64,000 nucleotides of DNA, taken from sequence record MW812341.1; one strand, written 5' to 3'. Below the pieces are notes generated by a model. That model was not told the DNA's origin and did no database searches. It saw nothing but the letters and a program-made list of their open reading frames with translations. Positions within the stretch are counted from its first letter, which is position 1; the number at the start of each line of letters is the position of its first letter. Below are positions 19,978-28,271 of this stretch, one piece after another. The position numbers and the translations under genes were made by a program.

Positions 19978-19998
19978 GATAATATCTATTTAAGAAAA
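19978..19998 (-). promoter_or_regulatory. Early-type phage promoter motif
   Basis: Minus strand TTTTCTTAAATAGATATTATC, upstream of the SLT gene. Confidence 0.5.
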
Positions 19999-19999
19999 T

Positions 20000-20551
20000 T
20001 TATAGTAGAGTTTTCTTAGCCTCTATCATTAACGCTTTAGGTAAATAGATGCGATAGTTACGTTCTCCGGAATTCAGTGCGTCGTACAGATGACGATAAA
20101 TGATGGCGCGTTCATACTCGCGCAGCCAACCATTCGCCATGCCTAAAGGCGGGATAGCGATGTCTTCGTTCAGGTCGTTTCCAAGACGGGCCAGGGCATT
20201 GATGCCGGTGGTCACGTATGCGATTTCTGAACGGTACTTAAAATGGGTTTTGGTCGGTAAGAGGATTATCTTCTCCTCCTCGTAGAGATAAACATTACCG
20301 ATAAGAATCTCGTTTTGCTTGCAACGCAAGCGGTAGTCCTCATAGATTCTAGGAAAACGCTCTTTACAGGCAAGGGCAATTCCCTTGCCCATCGCACCTA
20401 CGCAGTTAATCGTCACCACTTTGTAGGGTTCTTTTGCATTAAAGAGGTCTCCGTCGATGTGCGCTTCATCGCGGAAGATTAGCAATTGTTCTCGACCCCA
20501 CGTTGGCCAAACGATCCCACTCGACTTGACAAATTCGTTCGATGTGTTCAC
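20000..20551 (-). CDS. Macrodomain ADP-ribosyl hydrolase, DarG/TARG1-like
   Basis: GDLF, TINCVGAMGKGIA..KERFP, LPTK, IAIPPLGMANGWL. Confidence 0.85.
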   Translation of the reverse strand: MNTSNEFVKSSGIVWPTWGREQLLIFRDEAHIDGDLFNAKEPYKVVTINCVGAMGKGIALACKERFPRIYEDYRLRCKQNEILIGNVYLYEEEKIILLPTKTHFKYRSEIAYVTTGINALARLGNDLNEDIAIPPLGMANGWLREYERAIIYRHLYDALNSGERNYRIYLPKALMIEAKKTLL

Positions 20552-20771
20552 ACATACGTTTTGTCACTGCTGCTTTTAAAGCAGACTCTTCTTGTCCCGG
20601 TTTCAATGCCGTGACAAAGATGGTCTTTTCGTTTGCAGAAGGGAAACCCAATGCTCGGTCTATGGAACACGCTATTGCTTTCTTTGCATTTCGAATACTG
20701 GACACAGGCGGAAACCTCGTTAAGTCAAGTTCAGGACGCACCCACATTACTTTTACCCATCCGTTTCTCAT
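20466..20771 (-). CDS. Hypothetical protein (101 aa)
   Basis: ATGA-coupled to the upstream gene; overlaps the macrodomain ORF start by 86 nt. Confidence 0.55.
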   Translation of the reverse strand: MRNGWVKVMWVRPELDLTRFPPVSSIRNAKKAIACSIDRALGFPSANEKTIFVTALKPGQEESALKAAVTKRMCEHIERICQVEWDRLANVGSRTIANLPR

Positions 20772-21046
20772 GATTCTATCTCCGTGTCGATGTGGGTAAA
20801 AATAAATGGGTGAGGGAATTCGGCTTTGCTGAAATAGTAGAACACCCGGCGTTCTCCCGGACGAACCGGCTGGATATACTGTTCGTAATAGGTTAGCGCA
20901 ATCGCTAACCCTGAATGTAGATACGAACGGCTTTCATCATCAATGGAGAACACTTCGACGGGCGTTTCATTACCGAGTTCCTTGAGAGCACGCAATGCCA
21001 CCTCAGGGACGGTTGTCTTCATCATCTGCTCCTTAGGGTTCAACAC
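20768..21046 (-). CDS. Hypothetical protein (start probably the ATG ATG near 21025)
   Basis: SD TAAGGAG precedes MMKTTVPE. Confidence 0.7.
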   Translation of the reverse strand: MLNPKEQMMKTTVPEVALRALKELGNETPVEVFSIDDESRSYLHSGLAIALTYYEQYIQPVRPGERRVFYYFSKAEFPHPFIFTHIDTEIES

Positions 21047-21070
21047 AACAAAGGTCTGTGACGTAAAAAA
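21044..21070 (-). promoter_or_regulatory. Bipartite promoter variant TTTTTTACG-N14-TGTG
   Basis: Counted spacing. Confidence 0.45.
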
Positions 21071-21313
21071 CTATTCCACCGGGTGGATGCGCGCTAAGCG
21101 GACATCCGTACCGTTCAGTAGGGCATCTTCGAGAACATCCAGCATAGTGGCGTTCATCGCATTTAGTGGCTGCTGATGCTTAGTCAACGGCGTCCAGTCG
21201 TACCCTTGCTTCGGTAACGTGCCCAACACACCAGACACACAAGCCGAAACGACAGTACGTCCGTGGTCAACATGACCAATGGTACCGACGTTAACGTGCT
21301 TCGGGTTTTCCAT
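21071..21313 (-). CDS. 80-aa protein with an EF-Tu N-terminal/P-loop-like segment
   Basis: [30 protein letters not shown] vs EF-Tu [27 protein letters not shown]; ATG 21313 has SD GAAGGA. Confidence 0.75.
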   Translation of the reverse strand: [80 protein letters not shown]

Positions 21314-21397
21314 TAAGGTATCCTTCAAGAAAGGGATAACACGGGAATATTCCTGCCAACAGATTTCAACAGGGAATGCAGAAAGTTGCGGATTAAA

Positions 21398-21422
21398 CAT
21401 AAATAGCTCTCCTTACGTAAAC
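21398..21422 (-). promoter_or_regulatory. Bipartite middle-type promoter TTTTACG-N14-TATG
   Basis: Counted spacing; the ORF-track ATG at 21400 lies inside the motif. Confidence 0.55.
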
Positions 21423-21468
21423 ACAGTTTCACTCATAGTGAAAAAGTATACGTAGGAGAGCTTGTCGT

Positions 21469-21972
21469 TTATGCCGTTGCTGCTAAGGGTGTTTCTGAGC
21501 TGCTTTCGGTCACAAAATAGGCCATCTGTGCCCAGTCGCCATCATCGGTGGCTTTGTAACCCCGCCCCTTGAAGAATGACACGGCGGCTTTACAATTTTT
21601 GTGGACGGTCAGACACGCCTGCCAGAACGTTGAGTTCTGACGGATGTTATTGAGTAAATCAGTCATGAGGCCATTACGACGGAATGATTCCATAACGAAG
21701 ATGGAACGTATCTTTAAGATACCGCCGATAATACGATAAACGCAGTAAGCCACCGGTTGCCCGTTATGCATTGCAAGGCCGATGCGGTTGCCCGCAAACA
21801 GTTGCTCAACACGTAACTCTGGGATGGGATGGTTGGCTTCGAGTGCAGTCCGTTGGTAATTCAAAAATGAGTAATGTAGTTTAAGAACTTGCTTCTGCTG
21901 TTCTGATGTCAGCTGTGAAGCGTTATCGAGGATAACAATCTCGGTCATCTTGGATTTCCTGAGTGGTCCCAA
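21469..21972 (-). CDS. GNAT acetyltransferase (RimI-like; start probably 21948)
   Basis: IRSIFVMESFRRNGLMTDLL (AcCoA motif A), AAVSFFKGRGY. Confidence 0.8.
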   Translation of the reverse strand: MGPLRKSKMTEIVILDNASQLTSEQQKQVLKLHYSFLNYQRTALEANHPIPELRVEQLFAGNRIGLAMHNGQPVAYCVYRIIGGILKIRSIFVMESFRRNGLMTDLLNNIRQNSTFWQACLTVHKNCKAAVSFFKGRGYKATDDGDWAQMAYFVTESSSETPLAATA

Positions 21973-22053
21973 CCACCAGAGCTGGTTGGGAATGAACGAA
22001 GTAAAGATTTGTGCGTGTATCTTTCTACCCGCATACGATTTGCGGTTATTATT

Positions 22054-22284
22054 TTAGCGCTTCTGTGGCCGCATTACACGCCCATGTGATCGATTCCGCA
22101 GCCTTCGTTCATGACGTAAGCTATCGCCCCGCCAATCCTCGCCCCAACGACGTTCTACAAGATATCCGTCGTCACGACACACTTCAGGCTCTTCAAACTT
22201 GATGCCACGGCCTATCCCCAAGCCTACACCGAGTTGAATGCAGATGATGGTCTTTGCTCTTGCTTCTATGCTGTCATCTTCCAT
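22054..22284 (-). CDS. Small hypothetical protein (76 aa)
   Basis: ORF with an SD-like GGGG. Confidence 0.55.
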   Translation of the reverse strand: MEDDSIEARAKTIICIQLGVGLGIGRGIKFEEPEVCRDDGYLVERRWGEDWRGDSLRHERRLRNRSHGRVMRPQKR

Positions 22285-22296
22285 TGCTGATGCCCC

Positions 22297-22401
22297 TTAG
22301 AACCAGCCTTGAGTGAGACACAATACTGCACCTAGCGTAAAGCATACAGCTCCTACACCGCCACTGAGTAGGAGCCCAAAGATTACTTGCAGCAGTCGCA
22401 T
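22297..22401 (-). CDS. 34-aa single-TM protein
   Basis: Manual translation MRLLQVIFGLLLSGGVGAVCFTLGAVLCLTQGWF. Confidence 0.5.
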   Translation of the reverse strand: MRLLQVIFGLLLSGGVGAVCFTLGAVLCLTQGWF

Positions 22402-22607
22402 TTCTTACGCAAAATCATCCGTTTGAAAATGCAAGGTTCTTTGGTGAAGCGAGCACCCCACACAAAACCTACCAGCAACGCAATGATGAAATCGAGACGA
22501 TCGGCCCCTTTCCACATTACCACGGCGGTTAGAATAACAACGAATGCCAGCTCTAACCAAAAGCTTGTTGCAGACCACTTCTTCGGATTACCAGTTTGTT
22601 TGGCCAT
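22383..22607 (-). CDS. 74-aa two-TM protein
   Basis: FWLELAFVVILTAVVMW and FIIALLVGFVWGA. Confidence 0.65.
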   Translation of the reverse strand: MAKQTGNPKKWSATSFWLELAFVVILTAVVMWKGADRLDFIIALLVGFVWGARFTKEPCIFKRMILRKKCDCCK

Positions 22608-22728
22608 CTAAGGCTCCTTTCTTTTCAGCGTACTTCAAAACCCAACCAAGGGCTTTACCCATAATCCACAAACAGAGACCCGTGAAGGCCACCGATGTGA
22701 TAATCCCATCGAACAACTCGGCGGTCAT
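22588..22728 (-). CDS. 46-aa single-TM protein
   Basis: Manual translation MTAELFDGIITSVAFTGLCLWIMGKALGWVLKYAEKKGALDGQTNW; SD AAGGA. Confidence 0.55.
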   Translation of the reverse strand: MTAELFDGIITSVAFTGLCLWIMGKALGWVLKYAEKKGALDGQTNW

Positions 22729-22874
22729 TTCGATTCCTTATATTTTTTCAAGCAAGCATCAAATGCGCGCCCCGGCATAGGCCAGAGAATGGAGAAAAGA
22801 ATGGCGGTGCTAATACCCGCCACGTAAGCTGCCGCACAGACCCAACCAAGAATAATTACCAACAGGTTAAACAT
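22725..22874 (-). CDS. 49-aa membrane protein
   Basis: Manual translation MFNLLVIILGWVCAAAYVAGISTAILFSILWPMPGRAFDACLKKYKESK; ATGA overlap with the next gene. Confidence 0.6.
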   Translation of the reverse strand: MFNLLVIILGWVCAAAYVAGISTAILFSILWPMPGRAFDACLKKYKESK

Positions 22875-22878
22875 ATCG

Positions 22879-25389
22879 TCAATCCGCATAGACAATCTTC
22901 ACACCCGTATTGTACACCGGCGGAAGAGTAACTCCCGTCGGGTCGATGACACAATAGGCTGCTTCGTTAAGTTTCGAGTGCACATCGGCATCGTGAGACA
23001 CCACGATAACCTGCGAGAACTCACCAGAATTAATCAGCATTTTGATAAAGCCCACTAACGCATGTCGGTGTTCTTCATCCATGCCTTCAGAGGGTTCATC
23101 CAATAACAATGGATAACCCTGTAAATTCATGGCCTTATAACCTGTCAATCGGTAAGCCAGGTTAAAGATGTTCTGTTGTGCTTTCGAGCCTTTGCAGACG
23201 TCAGGTACGGGCGTTGGCTGATTGTTCAGCAAATAAGGGAAGGTGTAATCCATATCACCCTCACTTACATCACACGGTAAAACCTGCATCGGATAATTCC
23301 ACACCGCACCGATGTATTTGTTCATCAGTTCCGTGATACGGACTACCGAGTTATAAATGTAACGACTGAGCACACCTTTCTCAGGTGAGAACGCGGTAAT
23401 CATCTGGCGGTTATTAAACTGGCGTACTTTCAGGTCGGTCAGTTCGGCTTCCAATCCCGTTAAGGTAATCATTTCTGATTCCATCCCACGGAAACGGTCA
23501 CGCGCAGTAGCATAAGCATCGAGCTTGTTCTCACGCTGCTGTATAAGGTATCTCACAGCCTCGTTGTTGGTCGAAGTCTCGATATCCTGCTCTATCCCTT
23601 CCCAAGCACGCAGAACCACGTCAGCACGCGCATAGAGCGTTTGTTGCCGGTCGTGTTCATCTTGCGCTTCTTTCAATCCGGAACGAGCAGTCGTAAGCTT
23701 AACGGATTCCTCATCCAGTAGACCACGCAAACGCTGCACTTTCTTTTCAAGTGCCGCATCCACGTTACCCACTGCACGTACCGCTTCATCCCACTCCCGT
23801 TCTGCTTTCTTGAGTTGGTCATGCGTTGTCCGGTAACTGATAGCATCTTCCAACTCAGTAAGGAAGTGATTCACCAGACTGGACAACTTGTGGCGGTTAG
23901 GAACAAACGCATCTTCCGCTTGAACCGTCTTGAAGAACAGTGCCACGATAGGGTCACGAGAATACGTCATGATAACGTCACGGATTTTCCGTTTCGCGTT
24001 CACGTCTTCTTCTAACGTACCCCTCGTCTGCATGTGCGTCTCAAGCGCCACATCCAATTCACGAATCCATTCGTTCTGTTTAGCAATACTGGCGTCGATG
24101 TTCTCAAGGCTGTCATTGACACCCGGTCGGAAACGATAATTACATTTCGGACAGTCCACTTCCTGCGTATCGAGGAAATGGGTACGGTCATGTTGTAAAC
24201 GTTCAAGGATATTCACTGCCCGCTGACGCTTCTCTTTATAAGCAACGGAAGTCGCGTCATGGTTCAGTAAGTCTTCCTCCGCCTTTCTAAGCTTGTCGTT
24301 GGTGTGGACATAGTCCACTGCCCCTGACAGCTCACGAGACCACTGGCGAGCGTCTGACTGCGCTTTACGCAGCATCTGGATAGAGATGGTGTCACTCATC
24401 GCCAAATCACCCCACATCCAGTGCTCAACGCAGTGATTAGTGAGATCCTGACTCAAACGTTCCAACGTATCTTTTAATCCAGCGTGATTACGCATCAGGT
24501 ATTCTTGACGGTTCACCTCGTCCAGCAGTAACGACAACTCTTTGTTGTACGTACCGACACTGGCCTCAGCCGCAGAGGATAATTCACGCCACGTATTCAA
24601 ACCCTGTAATGCGGTTTCAATCGTTGCAGATGTCGGCAGAGATTTGGCAGCCAGAATTTCTTCTACATCTGGACCTAACCCTGTCAGTTTAGCACGGATG
24701 GTCATAGAAGACACGCCAAGACTAATGCCCGGTAAACTATTGATGAGCTTATTCAACTCGCCCAGTTCTTGTTCCAGTTCCGTTAAACGTTGTGACAGAC
24801 GTTCACGTTCGCCCTCATCTTCAATCACACGCATCTTCATGTCGGCGACTTTCTTCGCCGTGTGGTCGATAGCACCGTTCGTCAGACTGAGGTTCTTACG
24901 CAGCTTCTTGTAGAAGTCTAACGCAAAGCTCAAATCTGAGGTGGATAGGCGTGTAAACCAACGACGACGTAATTCGGTGTTCGCTCGTGTCAGAACCGCT
25001 TCACCGTTAACGAGTTCTTTGACTTCTTTATTTAGTCCGGTGATATCTTCGACACGCGCGTTATAAACTTTAGGATTGACCCCATCAACAATCAGTGCAC
25101 CCGAATCCATGTCGGTGATTGAGCAGACTAAATTGTTGCCGCACTTTTTGACAAAAAACTTATAGCGTTTGTCATCGCACTTAGCGATGTTGGTATACGA
25201 ACCCCCATCGGTAAATTCGGTCTTGCTTGGTGCTAACGGGAAATACACTGCCAGCAAACTGGTCTTACCGCATCCGTTACCACCCAGGATGATGGTCGTC
25301 ATTGATTCCACTTTAAAATCAAATGTTTCGATTTCGTGCAGACCCATCCCGGTAAAGCCTTTTAATGTAATCCGTTCTACTTTGAACAT
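22879..25389 (-). CDS. sbcC: SbcC/Rad50-like SMC ATPase
   Basis: Walker A GGNGCGKTS, long coiled coil, CPKC zinc hook, signature KGSKAQQ, Walker B LLLDEP, H-loop VVSHD. Confidence 0.9.
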   Translation of the reverse strand: MFKVERITLKGFTGMGLHEIETFDFKVESMTTIILGGNGCGKTSLLAVYFPLAPSKTEFTDGGSYTNIAKCDDKRYKFFVKKCGNNLVCSITDMDSGALIVDGVNPKVYNARVEDITGLNKEVKELVNGEAVLTRANTELRRRWFTRLSTSDLSFALDFYKKLRKNLSLTNGAIDHTAKKVADMKMRVIEDEGERERLSQRLTELEQELGELNKLINSLPGISLGVSSMTIRAKLTGLGPDVEEILAAKSLPTSATIETALQGLNTWRELSSAAEASVGTYNKELSLLLDEVNRQEYLMRNHAGLKDTLERLSQDLTNHCVEHWMWGDLAMSDTISIQMLRKAQSDARQWSRELSGAVDYVHTNDKLRKAEEDLLNHDATSVAYKEKRQRAVNILERLQHDRTHFLDTQEVDCPKCNYRFRPGVNDSLENIDASIAKQNEWIRELDVALETHMQTRGTLEEDVNAKRKIRDVIMTYSRDPIVALFFKTVQAEDAFVPNRHKLSSLVNHFLTELEDAISYRTTHDQLKKAEREWDEAVRAVGNVDAALEKKVQRLRGLLDEESVKLTTARSGLKEAQDEHDRQQTLYARADVVLRAWEGIEQDIETSTNNEAVRYLIQQRENKLDAYATARDRFRGMESEMITLTGLEAELTDLKVRQFNNRQMITAFSPEKGVLSRYIYNSVVRITELMNKYIGAVWNYPMQVLPCDVSEGDMDYTFPYLLNNQPTPVPDVCKGSKAQQNIFNLAYRLTGYKAMNLQGYPLLLDEPSEGMDEEHRHALVGFIKMLINSGEFSQVIVVSHDADVHSKLNEAAYCVIDPTGVTLPPVYNTGVKIVYAD

Positions 25390-25420
25390 TTTTTGACCTA
25401 ATGCGAAAGTTTGAGTTCTA

Positions 25421-25448
25421 CATAATGACTAATACCTCGTGTAAAAAA
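25421..25448 (-). promoter_or_regulatory. Bipartite middle-type promoter TTTTTTACA-N15-TATG
   Basis: Upstream of the SbcC gene; merges with the tail of the AGAGAGCC-CCGAA-GGACTCTCT hairpin. Confidence 0.55.
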
Positions 25449-25487
25449 TAAAAAAAAAGAAGAGAGCCCCGAAGGACTCTCTCGTTA

Positions 25488-26126
25488 TTACTGGGCTTGT
25501 TTCGTTGCAGCAAGACGAACTTCTTGCTGTTCACGAACCTTAACACCTTGCTGATGCGCCACATCAGTTTGCAATACTTCCAGCACCTGTTCGGTTAACC
25601 AGATGCAGAGCTTGTGATTGTACAACGGCATTGTGCCGTGCAGGAACAGAGATTCGAGATACATGGTCTTTGGATTTTCAAATTCCATGAGGGCACCTGG
25701 CGGTAATGCGCGCTCAACAGCAGTATCCTCTTCGATTTCGAAGATGTGATTAGTGTTGTTTTCCCAGTCAACCCACTCTGCCCACGAATAACCATTGCGG
25801 GTGTAGTACATGATGACACGTTGTGCCAAGAAGCGGTCGTTAATCACCTTGTACGGGTCAAGACGGGCATCACGCTCGTCACGGGTAGGTTTGCTGTCCC
25901 AGTCTTTCAGCATCTTCAGAGAGTCTGGGAAGTTACGACGCAGCCATGGACCAAGTTGTCCGTGGGCGAGGAATTTATCAAACAGTTCCTTCGGGCAACC
26001 TACATGGATAAAGCGGCCAGCGCGAGTGCGCTCGTAGTTGGTTAATGAGCGCACTGCATTAAGCAGGAAGTGGTCACTTTGCGACATGTTATTTTTTCCT
26101 TCATGATAAAAAAAAGGGGTGGGCAA
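25488..26126 (-). CDS. Hypothetical protein (start probably 26087, MSQSDH)
   Basis: SD AAGGA before ATG 26087. Confidence 0.7.
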   Translation of the reverse strand: MPTPFFYHEGKNNMSQSDHFLLNAVRSLTNYERTRAGRFIHVGCPKELFDKFLAHGQLGPWLRRNFPDSLKMLKDWDSKPTRDERDARLDPYKVINDRFLAQRVIMYYTRNGYSWAEWVDWENNTNHIFEIEEDTAVERALPPGALMEFENPKTMYLESLFLHGTMPLYNHKLCIWLTEQVLEVLQTDVAHQQGVKVREQQEVRLAATKQAQ

Positions 26127-26145
26127 TAACCCCCACCCCCTGCGA

Positions 26146-26775
26146 CTAATGCGTTGCCTGATGACCGATTACGGCCAACGACTTCGCACCACACTCACGG
26201 CGAGTAAAATTGAAGACTGGAACATATTTACCGTTAATCTCAGCGACGGTCGCAGAGCGAGTATTCCGTGCCGGTAAGGTTGACGCTGCAAATGCAGTGC
26301 CAGTTTCCAGGTTAAAGATTTCGTAGCCACCCGAATGGGGGTTCTTGACCAGCATGTGATTACAGTACGCGTCGGTATTGAAACTATCCGGGGCGGTACT
26401 GAATGCCAGGCCATGTTGTTCTGACCACGCTTTTACATGTTCAAAGATTTCAGTTTGACCTTTGAACATTGGGGAATGGATTGCTTTGTAATACCAGTAG
26501 TCGCTGACACTGGTAATGCCTTTCGAAATCTCATCCATCGGCAGATGGGAACGGATAGCTTCGTTCAGGGTTTCGAGTTTGTGGGCGGTGCTTATCATTG
26601 ACTGGAAACGATAACGGTCGATGTTGTAAGCGGCGATGACTTCAAAGTATTTGCGTGCTTCGGTAAAAGTATTTAAAATGCTCATGGGTATTCCTTGATA
26701 ATCGTTGATGGTCAGAAAAAAGGACCCTATCCCACTCATTGGGAAATCCAGGATAGGGCCAAAGACTACACTCAC
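26146..26775 (-). CDS. Hypothetical protein (start probably 26685, MSILNT)
   Basis: SD AAGGA before ATG 26685; the upstream segment is a hairpin. Confidence 0.7.
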   Translation of the reverse strand: MSVVFGPILDFPMSGIGSFFLTINDYQGIPMSILNTFTEARKYFEVIAAYNIDRYRFQSMISTAHKLETLNEAIRSHLPMDEISKGITSVSDYWYYKAIHSPMFKGQTEIFEHVKAWSEQHGLAFSTAPDSFNTDAYCNHMLVKNPHSGGYEIFNLETGTAFAASTLPARNTRSATVAEINGKYVPVFNFTRRECGAKSLAVIGHQATH

Positions 26776-26778
26776 TTA

Positions 26779-27156
26779 TTACTTCGTTTGGTCAAGCGCC
26801 ACACGACCAATGTCATTTCCAAACAGATGAAGCTGTAAAGCACGGCCTTTCGGGTCGAAGGATAACTTCAACGATGGGTCGCAGGTTGCGGTGTTAACGT
26901 CATCGACGACACCTTCCTTACGATTCAACATGAAGTAGTAGCCAGCCGGGCACTTATCATCGCCCGGTTTGTGGATGAGCGTGAACTCTTCCATAGTGGC
27001 TGCTTCGTAGCAGTCCGTTGTTGCGGTAGTACATACTGCAAAGGTGGGTGGGCTATAACGTTGGTCAACAATACTCTTCAACGTTAAATCGCCAACTGAT
27101 GTATTTGCAGCTACGGCTCCCGAGAAAACCAACGCGCACAGCAGAAAACGTTTCAT
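26779..27156 (-). CDS. Secreted small Cys-containing protein, paralog 1
   Basis: Signal peptide MKRFLLCALVFSGAVAA; 4 mature Cys. Confidence 0.75.
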   Translation of the reverse strand: MKRFLLCALVFSGAVAANTSVGDLTLKSIVDQRYSPPTFAVCTTATTDCYEAATMEEFTLIHKPGDDKCPAGYYFMLNRKEGVVDDVNTATCDPSLKLSFDPKGRALQLHLFGNDIGRVALDQTK

Positions 27157-27165
27157 GGTGACTCC

Positions 27166-27570
27166 TTAATGCACCGGGTAATTACCTATTACTTTTTTGC
27201 TGTTGTATATTTGAACGTACAGCTGGCCGTTCGCTGTGCCACGTACAAAGCGTGCTTTCACATCACCTTTACATTGGCCGCCATCATACTCGATGTTTTC
27301 ACCAACACCCTCTACGGTATTGATGACCCCGAAGCTGTTATCTTCGCAGGCTACACCGGGTAGGTCTTTAATCAAAACGTAATTAGTGTCATCAGACACA
27401 GAGACCAGAGAACACATGGAGGTCTTCAAGTCTTCAGCCTGACACCAATACTGTTGATTGTGGTCGTTACGGTCTACCACGTTGTTAGGAATGAATACGT
27501 CCACCGCCGCTGCGGAGAACGCCACAAGTGAGGTCAAAGCGAAAACTGCTGCAACGATGAAACGTTTCAT
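27166..27570 (-). CDS. Secreted small Cys-containing protein, paralog 2
   Basis: Signal peptide MKRFIVAAVFALTSLVAFSAAA; 4 mature Cys. Confidence 0.75.
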   Translation of the reverse strand: MKRFIVAAVFALTSLVAFSAAAVDVFIPNNVVDRNDHNQQYWCQAEDLKTSMCSLVSVSDDTNYVLIKDLPGVACEDNSFGVINTVEGVGENIEYDGGQCKGDVKARFVRGTANGQLYVQIYNSKKVIGNYPVH

Positions 27571-27582
27571 GGTACTACTCCT

Positions 27583-27960
27583 TTACTGATGAATCGTAAT
27601 TCGGCCAACATTGACCGTCTTGTGATAGAAGTTGACAGTGATATAATCTGCTACTTCGGATGGTGACATGGAGACGTGGTCGATGACTGGGTCACAACCG
27701 ATATCTTCCATGCGTTGGTAATAACGAGTATTACTGTTTGCCAGAGCAACGCCAGTGCATTCACCTTTGTTATTCTCTAAGCGGTACACGAAGAACCCAT
27801 AACGGACTGACAGAGGCACAGCGTGCTCGTCAGGTGCCATTGGATAGGTATCCTCCGCAGGATTGAAATCTTTCAGGTCTTTTGCACTGTCATCAGCAAA
27901 GGACAAGCTCGCTGCCAGGGAGAAACATACTGCCGCAATTGCAATCAAAATCTTACGCAT
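27583..27960 (-). CDS. Secreted small Cys-containing protein, paralog 3
   Basis: Signal peptide MRKILIAIAAVCFSLAASLSFA; 2 mature Cys. Confidence 0.75.
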   Translation of the reverse strand: MRKILIAIAAVCFSLAASLSFADDSAKDLKDFNPAEDTYPMAPDEHAVPLSVRYGFFVYRLENNKGECTGVALANSNTRYYQRMEDIGCDPVIDHVSMSPSEVADYITVNFYHKTVNVGRITIHQ

Positions 27961-27971
27961 TTCTTATTCTC

Positions 27972-28223
27972 TTAATTAAGGACGTACTTATCGCACTTCA
28001 CATTCAGTCGATGTGTTTCGTACGGTGGTGTTAGCTCGGTAATGAGCATACTGCAACAAATTGGATGCAACGATGCCAGTGGGCCTAAGGTACCGACCAT
28101 GCCCTCTGGGAACAACAGCACCTCGTTGACGTCACCGATATCGTTATCACATGTGACAACACGGTAACGCATAACTTCTTTGCAATTCACGTTAACCGCA
28201 ATAACTTCCATGATAGTCTCCAC
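27972..28223 (-). CDS. Hypothetical protein (83 aa)
   Basis: ORF track. Confidence 0.6.
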   Translation of the reverse strand: METIMEVIAVNVNCKEVMRYRVVTCDNDIGDVNEVLLFPEGMVGTLGPLASLHPICCSMLITELTPPYETHRLNVKCDKYVLN

Positions 28224-28271
28224 TGCCGAATAAAATAAAGGTGGCGACCCGAAGGCCGCCGGGTTGCGCTA

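Noticed and set aside
21314-21400. ORF-track N-terminal extension of the EF-Tu-like protein
   Set aside because: The ATG at 21400 lies inside the promoter motif; ATG 21313 has a clear SD
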